A DNA stretch of 64,000 bases from the IMG/VR virus record IMGVR_UViG_3300042261_001186, positions 66,398 through 130,397 of that record; one strand, 5' to 3'. The position numbers were made by a program, and so were the translations under genes. The DNA is from a virus. The notes under the pieces were generated by a model, which did not search any database, was not told the origin of the DNA, and saw only the letters and a program-made list of their open reading frames with translations. Of this stretch, positions 10,373 through 20,555 are shown piece by piece (position 1 is the stretch's first letter; each line of letters begins with the position of its first letter).

Positions 10373-11992
10373 ATGATTTCAATAACAGAAACCCTAGATA
10401 TCCATTTCCCATTAGAATTAAAGCCAAGAACACAGCAAATAGAGATGCTTAACTTGACTAAAGAATCAGTCAATAATGGTAAGAAATTCATTCTTTTAAA
10501 TGCACCAACTGGTTCAGGAAAATCATATTTCACTATGATGTTCATGAACTGGTATAAAAACTTTGTAAATGACACTGCTAAATTTGATATAATAACCAAT
10601 AGTAAAATACTTCAACAACAATATAAAGATGATTTTGATTTCATATGTGACCTAAGAGGACAATCTAATTATGATTGTGATAGACACAAAACAAATTGTC
10701 ATCTTGGTAAAGAAATGAACAAAGCTTTGAAATTACCACCTTGTGGTAATTGTCCTTATGATTCTGATAAGAAATTTTGGATAGGTGGTGAAATATCCCT
10801 TACCAATTTCCATCTATTCAATAGTTTTGCTTTCTATGTGCCAGAAATAATGGAAGAAAGACATGCCAATGTCCTAATAGTAGATGAAGCACATTCTTTT
10901 GAGGAAGTTTTCTGTGACTTTATATCAATTAAACTAAGTGCAAGGATATTCAAGAATTATGGAATAGAAGAGAAAAATGTTGATAGATTTGTTGCAAGAT
11001 TAGGAAGAATTCAAACAATTAAACAATATATAAATTTTGTAAATGATGAATTTCTACCACATATTAGTAGTCTAAAAGATGAATTTGATATTGCTATAGG
11101 TGAAATGACTAATGATAAAATCAAAGAAACTTATGCTAAATATGTTTCTTATATTGATAGTGCAACAGAGAGATTTGAAAGTTTACTTGATGATTTTGAA
11201 AAACATGAAGAGAATTGGGTTGTAGATTCTACAAAAGACAAAAATTTAAATATAGAATTAACGGTTCAACCAATATGGGGACATTTATACTTAAATGAAG
11301 CTATATGGGATAAATATGATCATGTAATATTTATGTCTGGTACTATTTTAGATAAAAAAATGTTTTCTTACTTAAATGGTTTTGATGAAGAATTAACAGA
11401 TTATTATGATTTAAATTCAACTTTCCCAATACTAAATAGACCATTATATTATATACCAACAGGTAAAATGACTTATACTGAAAAAGAAGTTACATTTCAA
11501 AAACAGATTAAGATAATAAGTAAAATTCTTAAAAAATACGAGAAAGAAAAAGGTATAATTCATACAACCAATTATGAATTATCTAATTGGATAAACAAAT
11601 CAATAAAAGATAAAAGGTTTGTATTCCATGATTCAGAAAATAGGGAAGATCAATTTGAGAAATTTAAAAAGAAAAACAAAGGTATTATGGTTTCCCCATC
11701 TATGATATCTGGTATATCACTTGATGATGATATGAGTAGATTTCAAATAATGATGAAAGTCCCTTATCCAAATATATCAAGTAATAAAATAAAGGCTAGA
11801 CAAACATCCAATAGAAATTGGTATTCTTGGAGAACTGCAGTAGATGTTATACAGGCTTATGGTAGGTCAATAAGAAGTGATGAAGACTGGGCACATACTT
11901 ACATTTTAGATTCTTCATTTGGTGATTTACTTAAATATAATGGTAATTTGTTCCCTAAATATTTCACTGAAGCAATAAGATTAGTAAAATAA
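10373..11992 (+). CDS. DinG/YoaA/XPD-family SF2 helicase
   Basis: Walker A APTGSGKS, DEAH, MSGT, KVPYP, QAYGRSIRSDED; Cys cluster compatible with Fe-S. Confidence 0.9.
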   Translation: MISITETLDIHFPLELKPRTQQIEMLNLTKESVNNGKKFILLNAPTGSGKSYFTMMFMNWYKNFVNDTAKFDIITNSKILQQQYKDDFDFICDLRGQSNYDCDRHKTNCHLGKEMNKALKLPPCGNCPYDSDKKFWIGGEISLTNFHLFNSFAFYVPEIMEERHANVLIVDEAHSFEEVFCDFISIKLSARIFKNYGIEEKNVDRFVARLGRIQTIKQYINFVNDEFLPHISSLKDEFDIAIGEMTNDKIKETYAKYVSYIDSATERFESLLDDFEKHEENWVVDSTKDKNLNIELTVQPIWGHLYLNEAIWDKYDHVIFMSGTILDKKMFSYLNGFDEELTDYYDLNSTFPILNRPLYYIPTGKMTYTEKEVTFQKQIKIISKILKKYEKEKGIIHTTNYELSNWINKSIKDKRFVFHDSENREDQFEKFKKKNKGIMVSPSMISGISLDDDMSRFQIMMKVPYPNISSNKIKARQTSNRNWYSWRTAVDVIQAYGRSIRSDEDWAHTYILDSSFGDLLKYNGNLFPKYFTEAIRLVK

Positions 11993-12009
11993 TTTTTATA
12001 TATAGTTTT

Positions 12010-12576
12010 ATGAAATCTTATGAAAATTTTGTGAAAGAAGGTATTAAACATTGGTTTAGGAAAAATGATTATGTTTTGAATGGATTTATTGGTGAAACAA
12101 TAAATCTTAGGATAACAGGTACTGATCATACTGAACTCAAGACTATAACTGAAAATCCAACTTATGCTAGATCATTGAAAGATGGATTTTATGGTAATTT
12201 TGGTATTTATTTTCATTTTAATAATGATAATGGATTAAAAATAGATGATGATATAGACCCTTTAGGTGAAGAAAATTGGAATGATGAAGAGATAGAAAAT
12301 CTTATCATCAGAAATGCTCAAACTACAAAGAAAATGGTATATAATTATCCTGGGTCATTTGATTGGGATAACGTACCTTATCACATATCTTTGACTTTTG
12401 GAGATGAAGATATACCATTACAAACAGATAAAGCTGGTGTAGAATTGATAGGTAGATTGATAAAAGCTATTGCAGATAAAGAGATATGGACAGATGGTGA
12501 TAGTAAAGGATTCACTCCATTGTTACACTATTATATCGAGGAATTAGAAAGAGGTGATTCAATTTTTAATATATAA
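12010..12576 (+). CDS. leader + internal DP-tag protein
   Basis: MKSYENFVKE; DIDPLGEENW. Confidence 0.75.
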   Translation: MKSYENFVKEGIKHWFRKNDYVLNGFIGETINLRITGTDHTELKTITENPTYARSLKDGFYGNFGIYFHFNNDNGLKIDDDIDPLGEENWNDEEIENLIIRNAQTTKKMVYNYPGSFDWDNVPYHISLTFGDEDIPLQTDKAGVELIGRLIKAIADKEIWTDGDSKGFTPLLHYYIEELERGDSIFNI

Positions 12577-12593
12577 AAATAAATATAAAAATT

Positions 12594-12776
12594 ATGTGGA
12601 ACAAAATTTTAACTTGGTTGAAAGATAATACAGCATCATTTCTCCTATCATTATTGATAGTTGTAGGATTTATATTAATGGTTGCTTTTTTTCCAAAATG
12701 GATTATCATATTGGTAGCAAGTTTATCTTACTTAATTTTATTTGCTTATAAAGTCTGGAAAGATCAACCTTTTTAA
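12594..12776 (+). CDS. small two-TM membrane protein
   Basis: Two hydrophobic stretches in 60 aa. Confidence 0.6.
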   Translation: MWNKILTWLKDNTASFLLSLLIVVGFILMVAFFPKWIIILVASLSYLILFAYKVWKDQPF

Positions 12777-13933
12777 AGAGTTATAGTTAAATATTTATTG
12801 TTGTAATCTGCCCAATAAAATCCATGCCCCATACTTAAAATATGATTTTTTATTCTGTGGAATAAATCTCCATTTGTACCATCTTTAAATGTAAATTGTA
12901 TTGATAATTTTTTAAACCTTACTTTTTCAAAAACATTCTTGAAATATTCAAATTGTCCATTATTTGTTATATGTATTACATAGTAATCCATATCATCTGA
13001 ATAATCATTAAAATATATTTTGTGATCAAAATATAATTCAGAAAAACTTTCTTTTTGAGATAATTTCAATATATTTTCAGATATAAAAGATAATTTCTTA
13101 CTAGTTCTTTGACTATTTATTTCATGATTTAAAAGTGCCATACTTTCCCAATGAATATTTTGAAATATTCTTTTGAAACTATTTATATCTTTTGTTTTTC
13201 TTCTTTCTCTAATTTCATTATTTATTGCTGCAGTATCAGATAAGAAATTATTAGATTCATCAAGTTTTCTTGTTATAGAATCTTCTCTTGTTATGTACAT
13301 ATATAATGCTCTTGGAATATGTAAATATTTACCATATTCTTCCATTTTCATTAAATGCACAAAATCATTAACTATATTTCTTATGTCTATTTTATTATCA
13401 GGATTGAAATCTACATTAATATTTCTCCATGATCTACAATATCCAAGAATGAAACAATCGCTGAACATATCTTTTTCTATAGATGGATCATTTTTCTCAT
13501 TTTCCATCCATCCCCATAAACTTTTATAATTTTCATAATCAAAATAAAGTGAACCACTATAAGAACTTCCTTTGAAATTATTTAATTCTGTTGTTATTAA
13601 AACAACATCAGGGTATTTATTGAAGAAATAATTAATTACTTCTAGGGATTTTGGTACAAAATAATCATCAGAATCTATGTGTGTTATTGTATCACCTTTT
13701 GCATATTTATGTGGATTCCAAAAAATTTCTTTTTTACTTTCTTGTTCAATATATCTTATTCTACCATCTCTTTTAGGTAATGATTTCACTAATTCGCTGG
13801 ATTCCAAATTAGAACTAAAATCATCTGTTATAACCCATTCCCAATTAGTGAATGTTTGCCCAATGACGCTCTCATATAGTTTTTCAATAAAATGTATTTC
13901 TGTATTGTAAAAAGTGGTAATAATACTTATCAT
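12773..13933 (-). CDS. family 2 glycosyltransferase
   Basis: ISIITTFYN, QTFTNWEWVITDDFS, DSDD. Confidence 0.9.
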   Translation of the reverse strand: MISIITTFYNTEIHFIEKLYESVIGQTFTNWEWVITDDFSSNLESSELVKSLPKRDGRIRYIEQESKKEIFWNPHKYAKGDTITHIDSDDYFVPKSLEVINYFFNKYPDVVLITTELNNFKGSSYSGSLYFDYENYKSLWGWMENEKNDPSIEKDMFSDCFILGYCRSWRNINVDFNPDNKIDIRNIVNDFVHLMKMEEYGKYLHIPRALYMYITREDSITRKLDESNNFLSDTAAINNEIRERRKTKDINSFKRIFQNIHWESMALLNHEINSQRTSKKLSFISENILKLSQKESFSELYFDHKIYFNDYSDDMDYYVIHITNNGQFEYFKNVFEKVRFKKLSIQFTFKDGTNGDLFHRIKNHILSMGHGFYWADYNNKYLTITL

Positions 13934-14008
13934 ATAAAAAAATTATTTTTCTTTTATATGATAAAGCTTAATGAAAGATTAATTTATTTTAGACACTCAA
14001 GTATTTCT

Positions 14009-14362
14009 TCAGAACCATTCTATGTCTTCTTCTTTTATTATTTCTTTTGGACCACCCAATATTCTCAGTAATGCTGCTTCTGGATCTTTGTAGCATATAT
14101 TGTCTATCATAACATAACCATTAACATCATTGGCACATGCTTGACAAACAAAGAAAACAGCATATCTCTCCTCGGTTTTTGATATATCTTCTTTTACTTG
14201 CTCAATCCAATTATCCCCTGGTTCATCTTTTTCTATGGAAACTTGCATATTTGCTGAATCATAATATATTAACAAGCAATTGTCTTCACCACACTCATTA
14301 CACCTAGAATCTTTGAAAATCAATCCTTCATTTATGAAACTTGAGTATTTCTTTAGTACCAT
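14009..14362 (-). CDS. zinc-ribbon protein with leader and IEW tag
   Basis: CxxC...CxxC; KYSSFINE; ends IIKEEDIEWF. Confidence 0.75.
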   Translation of the reverse strand: MVLKKYSSFINEGLIFKDSRCNECGEDNCLLIYYDSANMQVSIEKDEPGDNWIEQVKEDISKTEERYAVFFVCQACANDVNGYVMIDNICYKDPEAALLRILGGPKEIIKEEDIEWF

Positions 14363-14730
14363 TCTATATTTTCATCTTTTATTATTTCTGGTGGTTCGGA
14401 CATTGCTATTATTTTCTTAAGAGCTTTGTATGAATCTTTATATCTTTTACCATCAATCACAACACTTCCACTTGATTCATCTTCACATTCATTGCAAGCA
14501 TAAAAAGTATTGTAATTGTTGTTAGTCTCAATATCATTTTTTATGTCATTTAAGGTGATATTTTTCATAGATTGACCATTTGAATTCAAAATTGTACCAT
14601 CTGATTCTATATCGATCTCACCAAGTTTTGTTGACCTATATATTATTACTATAGTATTATTTTCACCACAAACAGAACATTGAGATTTAAATAATCTACT
14701 CTCATTCAAAAATTCTAGGAAATTCCTCAT
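14353..14730 (-). CDS. zinc-ribbon paralog with leader and IEW tag
   Basis: CSVC...CNEC; MRNFLEFLNE; ends IIKDENIEWY. Confidence 0.75.
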   Translation of the reverse strand: MRNFLEFLNESRLFKSQCSVCGENNTIVIIYRSTKLGEIDIESDGTILNSNGQSMKNITLNDIKNDIETNNNYNTFYACNECEDESSGSVVIDGKRYKDSYKALKKIIAMSEPPEIIKDENIEWY

Positions 14731-14753
14731 AACTTAATTTTCGTCTATATTCA

Positions 14754-15464
14754 TTATCTACCACGGGGACCTACTTTACCTAAATATTTATTAAATCTCC
14801 ATTGACGTTTACCAATTTGAACATCATGATTTTGTAAATATTTTAATACCTTTTCAGCAATTTCATCATCTTCTTTTGGTGGATCAGATTTAAATAATCT
14901 ACCTTCATTTATAAATGTTGTATAATTCTTAATTACTCTTTCTTCTATTTTCTGAGGTTGGACTTTTTGTACTTGTGGTTCTTCTTCAGGTGATTGTCCT
15001 TGAATTTTTTGTTCCATACCTCTATTGTTAGGTATTCCTTGAGGTTGGTTTTGTGTTTGTGGAATAACTTTTTGAAGGGTTGTATCAACAACTTCTTTAG
15101 ATAAATCAACATCAAATATTTCACCACCCCTTATTTCACCACCTTCTATTTTACCTCCTATGAATCTACCTCCAAAAATAATTCCATTTTTAAATATACC
15201 ATTATACCAAGTACCATTATACCAGACACCACCTTCCCAAGTACCATATTTCCATTGACCATCTCTGAAAACACCATATACCCAAGTACCATTAAAGAAA
15301 ACACCAGCATTAAACACTAATGTGTTTTTAGTTATTTCTAATCTAACATTTTCAACTTCACAATCTAGGAACCAATCAAATTTACATTTAATAAGTATTT
15401 CCTCAATCTTTGCTGTTTCAGTATAGATTTTGTCTTGATATTTCAGTTCTTTATAACGATTCAT
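14754..15464 (-). CDS. G-x-W repeat protein with internal second leader
   Basis: GTWVYGVFRDGQWKYGTW; N-terminus similar to 4694 ORF; internal IKNYTTFINE. Confidence 0.7.
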   Translation of the reverse strand: MNRYKELKYQDKIYTETAKIEEILIKCKFDWFLDCEVENVRLEITKNTLVFNAGVFFNGTWVYGVFRDGQWKYGTWEGGVWYNGTWYNGIFKNGIIFGGRFIGGKIEGGEIRGGEIFDVDLSKEVVDTTLQKVIPQTQNQPQGIPNNRGMEQKIQGQSPEEEPQVQKVQPQKIEERVIKNYTTFINEGRLFKSDPPKEDDEIAEKVLKYLQNHDVQIGKRQWRFNKYLGKVGPRGR

Positions 15465-15491
15465 AATCCTATATATTAATTTTTTAATTCA

Positions 15492-16370
15492 TTAAATAAA
15501 TGGTGCACAAGTATATCTTTTCATTGGTAATCTATTATAACCAACTTTATCTCTAACATTTTCATAATTGGACAGAAAATATTTGTTACCTTCTGTGTAG
15601 AAATACCTCATAGTATCCATATATGGGTTGAATCTTGGATGACCATAATTTCTTTTCACATAAACTTTGAATATATTATTAGGTGCCCAACCTTGTTTAT
15701 CATCATACATCAACCATTTGTTTTGTCTGGCATAATTAATGAACATTTGCTGAACAGCATAATTAGAATAGTAAATCCTATCCATATAAGTTCTTCCTGC
15801 TGGTTCATCCAATTTCCATACTATGGCCCTACCCAATAGTTTATTATTGTCATCTGTCAATATCAACAAATTTATCTTATCTGGATTTTCTGCATAAATT
15901 CTAAATTTTAATTGTGAGAAAATTCCCCTCATACAAGAACTATGTAATGGTGATCCTCTATCTCTATTTGTGTAATTCCATCCTAGATACCATCTATTTA
16001 TAGCTAAACCATCAACTAATCTAAACCTACTATTTTCTTTATATTGTTTATAAAAACCTTTGTACCTATTAACACACATTTCAACATTATGTTCATTAAA
16101 AACATCTTTTGGAAAAAAGGTTTCTAGGGAATTTAAAAATCTCCCATATTTTATTTCTTGTCTAGCATTAGGTTTATCAACATGAATATAAGATATTACA
16201 TCATCTCTATCTGTGATTTTAAGGTCATATATCTTTCCAGTTTTACCAGCTAATTTTCTCAATTCATAAATTTTTGAGAAAACATTGTCCCAACTGACTT
16301 TATCAAAAGTGACTTCATGAAATAGGTCTTCTTTTGGTTTTCTTTCGAATGTTCTTTTTACTTCTTCCAT
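15492..16370 (-). CDS. SCM/GRALVW/DRIY-family paralog
   Basis: SCMR, IYAENPDK, GRAIVW, YMDRIY, PYMDT. Confidence 0.85.
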   Translation of the reverse strand: MEEVKRTFERKPKEDLFHEVTFDKVSWDNVFSKIYELRKLAGKTGKIYDLKITDRDDVISYIHVDKPNARQEIKYGRFLNSLETFFPKDVFNEHNVEMCVNRYKGFYKQYKENSRFRLVDGLAINRWYLGWNYTNRDRGSPLHSSCMRGIFSQLKFRIYAENPDKINLLILTDDNNKLLGRAIVWKLDEPAGRTYMDRIYYSNYAVQQMFINYARQNKWLMYDDKQGWAPNNIFKVYVKRNYGHPRFNPYMDTMRYFYTEGNKYFLSNYENVRDKVGYNRLPMKRYTCAPFI

Positions 16371-16441
16371 GAAACTATATATTAAATAAAAAATTCAAAC
16401 TTTATATTACATATCATATAAAATAAAATAAAATCATATTT

Positions 16442-17401
16442 ATGCTCGAAGGTAAAAGATTTCAAAATAATGAAAATGGTGATATAGTAGAGGTTATAGC
16501 AGATACTGGAATGTTCTACAACCTAAGTAATGGTTCAAATATTAAAAGAGATATATTTTTTCAAAAATATTCAGAAATGGTAGATCCAACTAGTTTTTTC
16601 CAAAAACAAACGGTTGCAGGTCTTTCAAATTTGGCTGAACAATTCAAAAATTTAGATTCTAGGAATGCTGTAGATGGTGATATGCCACCAACAGTTAGAC
16701 ATATATCAGAATCAACAGGTAATTATTCACCACCAACACCTGAACAAGACAGACAAGAAATGATTAGGAGATATAATGAAAATCAAGCTAAAAAAGATTT
16801 ATCACAATATAAAGTATTTGATAATGAAGATGAAGCAGCATCTGATTTTGAGAGAAGACAAAAAGAAATTCAACAAAATCAAATACAACAAAGAAATAAA
16901 TCTTTAAGACAACAAAAATTAGAAGAAGAAGAGAGATTTTTAAGGGGAGAACAAAACATTCAAAATGTAGAATATACAGAACCAACACCACAAGAATTTA
17001 CACAACCTGCTTATGTATCTAAAGATGAAGAAGCTTATAGATTTTTCAAATCTTTTAAAAGAGTGTATCCTGTAAAGTTGTCCATAGATTTTGATGAAAA
17101 AATTGCAGAACCTAATTTTTTAAAAATGATGGTTACTAATATGGAAGCTGATATTATTCAATATTATACAAAAGAAATTATGAATAGAATTCATAATGAT
17201 CCTGGTTATTTGGAAACAAAAATATATGAAAAACTTAGGTCTATAGTTTTTGAAGAAGAACAAAAAAAACCTAAAAGAACTATTAAACCTAAAGTTGTTA
17301 AAGAAGAAGTTAAAGTTCCAACTAAAAAACAACCTAAGAAAAGAGTTATACCTTCTGTTCCACCTAAGGATAGAGAGAGATTACAAGAGGGGGTTGAATA
17401 A
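16442..17401 (+). CDS. hypothetical coiled-coil protein
   Basis: 319 aa; Q/E-rich centre, K/P-rich tail. Confidence 0.75.
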   Translation: MLEGKRFQNNENGDIVEVIADTGMFYNLSNGSNIKRDIFFQKYSEMVDPTSFFQKQTVAGLSNLAEQFKNLDSRNAVDGDMPPTVRHISESTGNYSPPTPEQDRQEMIRRYNENQAKKDLSQYKVFDNEDEAASDFERRQKEIQQNQIQQRNKSLRQQKLEEEERFLRGEQNIQNVEYTEPTPQEFTQPAYVSKDEEAYRFFKSFKRVYPVKLSIDFDEKIAEPNFLKMMVTNMEADIIQYYTKEIMNRIHNDPGYLETKIYEKLRSIVFEEEQKKPKRTIKPKVVKEEVKVPTKKQPKKRVIPSVPPKDRERLQEGVE

Positions 17402-17419
17402 AAAATAATATATAAAATT

Positions 17420-17791
17420 ATGATAGATAAATTACTTGAAGACGCCTTTAAAATATTTGGGTGGGAAGTTGAATATTTCATTACAGAACAAAGTAAAGAA
17501 GAAACATTAGATAATTATAAATTAACAAATATAGTTGATAAGGTATGTATTAAAGTTTTAATTGATGATAATATAAATAATGTAAAAAACTTTAAAATAA
17601 AAATTTTAAAGAGTACATTTTTAGAAAACAAAAAACCTAGTGTAAATGACATAATTTATATACCAGGTGTCAAAAGACTTTATTATGTTGAAAAAGTATT
17701 GGATGAAGATGAAAATATGATGTCAGGAGGAATTTGCTTTTTTAATGTTGAATTGTCTCAATATGAAATTAAATTTAAAATAAATGGATAA
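17420..17791 (+). CDS. possible head-closure/neck (T4 gp14-like) protein
   Basis: KPSVNDIIYIPGVKRLYYVEKV resembles the P..GDLIY.P....LFEI..V pattern of gp14-like proteins. Confidence 0.35.
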   Translation: MIDKLLEDAFKIFGWEVEYFITEQSKEETLDNYKLTNIVDKVCIKVLIDDNINNVKNFKIKILKSTFLENKKPSVNDIIYIPGVKRLYYVEKVLDEDENMMSGGICFFNVELSQYEIKFKING

Positions 17792-18134
17792 AAAATTTAT
17801 AGAACAAGCTAAGAACATTAGAAGAGAATACATTAAAAGTGTTAATGACATATTGTCTTGTGAGGATAAAATAAATTATTATAAAACTAAATTATCTGAA
17901 GTTCAACTTAATATGCAAAGTACTAGTAAAGATGATATACGTATTAAAATGATGGATATAGAGAAAAATATAAAAGTTATTGAAAATCTAATGAATCCTC
18001 ATACAAATAAAGTAAAATCTCTTGAAAAAGAAGCTGATATTTTGTTTGAAAATATAATGGAAAGACATCCAAATTATACTAAGGAAGATATTCAAAATGA
18101 ACTTATTCCACACCTAAAAGAAATCAAATTTTAA
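17784..18134 (+). CDS. hypothetical coiled-coil protein
   Basis: 116 aa, overlapping operon arrangement. Confidence 0.7.
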   Translation: MDKKFIEQAKNIRREYIKSVNDILSCEDKINYYKTKLSEVQLNMQSTSKDDIRIKMMDIEKNIKVIENLMNPHTNKVKSLEKEADILFENIMERHPNYTKEDIQNELIPHLKEIKF

Positions 18135-18458
18135 ATGGAAGAATTAGACTTAACCTCTTATGATGATTTGATGAAATCATATCACCTTGTAAGAAAAATA
18201 TATGAAATTCATAATAAATTCAAAGATTTGGAAGATGATCCAATAGAATATAAATCTATTAATGTTAATTTAGATTTACTTGATATAATAATGGAAGTAA
18301 ATTTTGTATTTTCACCAAAAATTGGTATATTGAGTAAGATTGATAAAGTAACAAAAGTGGGTGTATTACTTAATATTGAGGTTTTCTTGGAACCAGGTTT
18401 AGAGAATAAAGTAGTTTTTAATGGAAGAGAAAACTATGAATTAATAGTTAAAATATAA
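18135..18458 (+). CDS. hypothetical protein
   Basis: 107 aa abutting previous ORF. Confidence 0.65.
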   Translation: MEELDLTSYDDLMKSYHLVRKIYEIHNKFKDLEDDPIEYKSINVNLDLLDIIMEVNFVFSPKIGILSKIDKVTKVGVLLNIEVFLEPGLENKVVFNGRENYELIVKI

Positions 18459-18481
18459 TTTTTTATATCAATAATTATGTT

Positions 18482-18489
18482 TATATTTG
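18482..18489 (+). promoter_or_regulatory. Bacteroidota-type -7 promoter element TAnnTTTG
   Basis: TATATTTG; similar intergenic elements at 20312, 21283, 31404, 32298, 37614, 39696, 46060(-), 60172, 61153; TTTG 19-20 bp upstream at 20312, 31404, 60172. Confidence 0.6.
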
Positions 18490-18512
18490 TATAATAAATA
18501 AAATTTTTCAAA

Positions 18513-18851
18513 ATGGCAACATTGTTCAGACCAGTTGGGTTAAAAGAACTTCTTCTGATAAAAAATTCTGGCTGGACAAAATTTCCACCTAGATTACCAG
18601 AACAGCCAATATTTTATCCTGTCTTAAATGAAGAATATGCTACACAAATAACTAAAGATTGGAATGTTAAATCAACTGGTTTTGGATTTGTCACAAAATT
18701 CAATATTGATGATGAATATTTTAATACTTTTGAAATACACAATGTTGGGGCAAAAATTCATAATGAACTTTGGGTTCCAGCTAGACAACTTAATGAATTT
18801 AATAAACATATAATAGGAAAAATAGAAATCACTAAATCTTTTAAAAAATGA
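18513..18851 (+). CDS. conserved small protein of the family often annotated ADP-ribosylation/Crystallin J1 (possible ART-like fold)
   Basis: LFRPVG.KEL.LI..SGW.KFPPRLPEQPIFYPVLNEEYA..I..DWN. Confidence 0.6.
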   Translation: MATLFRPVGLKELLLIKNSGWTKFPPRLPEQPIFYPVLNEEYATQITKDWNVKSTGFGFVTKFNIDDEYFNTFEIHNVGAKIHNELWVPARQLNEFNKHIIGKIEITKSFKK

Positions 18852-19390
18852 AATTCTTCGATAGATTTATTTTAGCACCTTATATAATGAAGGCTACATC
18901 CCTTATAGGTGTTCATCGTAGATGTGGTGGAAATCAATTCAGACACCAATTTGCAACACTTGGAATTTTATTGGACTATAAATATTTTGATGATAGTGTC
19001 TTACTCAAGGCTTCACTCATTCACGATTTACTTGAAGATTGGGGTGATGAACAAATTGAAGCAATAAGAAACCTTGATGAAGATGGATACCAAGTTATTG
19101 AATTGGTTAAAGAAGTCACCAAGAGTAAAGATGAACCTAAAGAAGTGTATCTTAAAAGAATACTTGATAGTGGTTCAGATAGAGCTAAAATCCTTAAATG
19201 TGCAGACAGAATAAGTAATTTAACAGACTTACATTTAGATACACACACATCAGGAAAAATAGCATTATATTTAGATAATACTGAAAAATTTATTATTCCA
19301 ATGGCATTAGCTGTATCTAATATAGATTTTGTGAAAGAACTTGCAGATTTAATTATAGAAAGAAGATTATTAATTGAAACCAAAAAATAA
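18848..19390 (+). CDS. HD-domain hydrolase, Mesh1/SpoT-like
   Basis: LIHDLLED, KCADRISN. Confidence 0.8.
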   Translation: MKFFDRFILAPYIMKATSLIGVHRRCGGNQFRHQFATLGILLDYKYFDDSVLLKASLIHDLLEDWGDEQIEAIRNLDEDGYQVIELVKEVTKSKDEPKEVYLKRILDSGSDRAKILKCADRISNLTDLHLDTHTSGKIALYLDNTEKFIIPMALAVSNIDFVKELADLIIERRLLIETKK

Positions 19391-19396
19391 ATAGAT

Positions 19397-19615
19397 ATGA
19401 AAAACAAATATTTTGAAAATTGGACACCTAATGTTATAAATAGAAATTATAATGAAATGTATGTATCATATTTGAAAAGTAAAATAAATAATTATCCTGA
19501 AATTAAATTAAAATATGATAATATTGATTTAGATTCAATGAATAAAGATGATATTAGTATTGAAGCCAAGAAAATAGATGAAATGATAACTGAAATTAAA
19601 AATAAAAACAAATGA
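19397..19615 (+). CDS. hypothetical protein
   Basis: 72 aa in operon. Confidence 0.55.
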   Translation: MKNKYFENWTPNVINRNYNEMYVSYLKSKINNYPEIKLKYDNIDLDSMNKDDISIEAKKIDEMITEIKNKNK

Positions 19616-20061
19616 TTGAAAACACAATTAACACAGACATCAAGAATGCAATGATGGAAAAAAATGCAATGAGACTAGAAGCTCTCAGAACCATCAAAAC
19701 AGCAATTCAATTAGAAAAAGCTAAAGAAGGAACTGAATTGACTGATGAACAAGTTATTAAAATTATACAAAAACTAGTCAGTCAAAGAACAGAATCAGCA
19801 GTTCAATATGCAAGTGCTGACAGAGTAGACTTAGTTGAACATGAATTGGATTTGGTTACGGTTTTCAAACTTTACTTACCAGAACAAATGTCTGAAGCTG
19901 AAATCAATGCTAAAGTAAAGGAAATCATTACTAATGTTGGAGCAACATCTGTAAGGGATATGGGTAAAGTTATGTCTATTGTAAATAAAGATTTGGCTGG
20001 AAAAGTAGATGCTAAAGCAGTAGGACAATTAGTAAAACAATTATTAACCTTAAAAACTTAA
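19612..20061 (+). CDS. yqeY: GatB/YqeY domain protein
   Basis: DIKNAM, LEALRTIK, QRTESAVQY, YLPEQMSE, DMGKVM. Confidence 0.9.
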   Translation: MIENTINTDIKNAMMEKNAMRLEALRTIKTAIQLEKAKEGTELTDEQVIKIIQKLVSQRTESAVQYASADRVDLVEHELDLVTVFKLYLPEQMSEAEINAKVKEIITNVGATSVRDMGKVMSIVNKDLAGKVDAKAVGQLVKQLLTLKT

Positions 20062-20065
20062 AATT

Positions 20066-20293
20066 ATGATTTTATTTATTGCAGAAGTAATATTGACCAT
20101 TTTTGCATGGAGAAATGGTTGGAAATGGTTGGCTTTGATACCAATGGGTGTTATTTTCTTAATTGGTATGATTATTGGTTCTAGTGTGGCTATGTCAGGT
20201 GGGTCAATGGACAATTTAGGAGGTCTCTTTATGTTCGATCTTATGGCTATTGTGGTTTTGATCATTATGGTATGTAAGAAAAGAAAAATTTGA
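20066..20293 (+). CDS. small membrane protein
   Basis: Three hydrophobic segments. Confidence 0.65.
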   Translation: MILFIAEVILTIFAWRNGWKWLALIPMGVIFLIGMIIGSSVAMSGGSMDNLGGLFMFDLMAIVVLIIMVCKKRKI

Positions 20294-20332
20294 TAATTCA
20301 AAAAATTGTTGTATCTTTGTTAAAATTATAAA

Positions 20333-20488
20333 ATGAAAAATATAAAACTTTTATTGGCTGGATTAGTGATAGGATTTGTGGTTTCTGAAGCTGTCGTTCA
20401 ATATAAAAAAATGAAAAATGAAAAAGAAATTGAAGACAAGGAAATCAGTGAATTACTCAAGTTGAAAAGAAAATACCCTAAAGTTTAA
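20333..20488 (+). CDS. small single-TM protein (51 aa)
   Basis: MKNIKLLLAGLVIGFVVSEAVVQYKK...; just downstream of TATCTTTG promoter. Confidence 0.55.
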   Translation: MKNIKLLLAGLVIGFVVSEAVVQYKKMKNEKEIEDKEISELLKLKRKYPKV

Positions 20489-20534
20489 ACTTTTTGGAAA
20501 TATGTGACTATTAAGAGATAATATATAGTAATAT

Positions 20535-20552
20535 ATTGTTCTTTGAAAATAT
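20535..20552 (+). promoter_or_regulatory. boxA-like element (18-bp repeat, copy 1)
   Basis: ATTGTTCTTTGAAAATAT identical at 20718-20735; variant TGTTCTTAAAAATAT at 31422; each precedes an ncRNA. Confidence 0.55.
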
Positions 20553-20555
20553 TTA

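Noticed and set aside
18135-18458. Faint resemblance of this ORF and 8532-9017 to a major-capsid-protein fragment (VG.L....V(F/Y).(D/E)P)
   Set aside because: Too short and weak to support without a profile search
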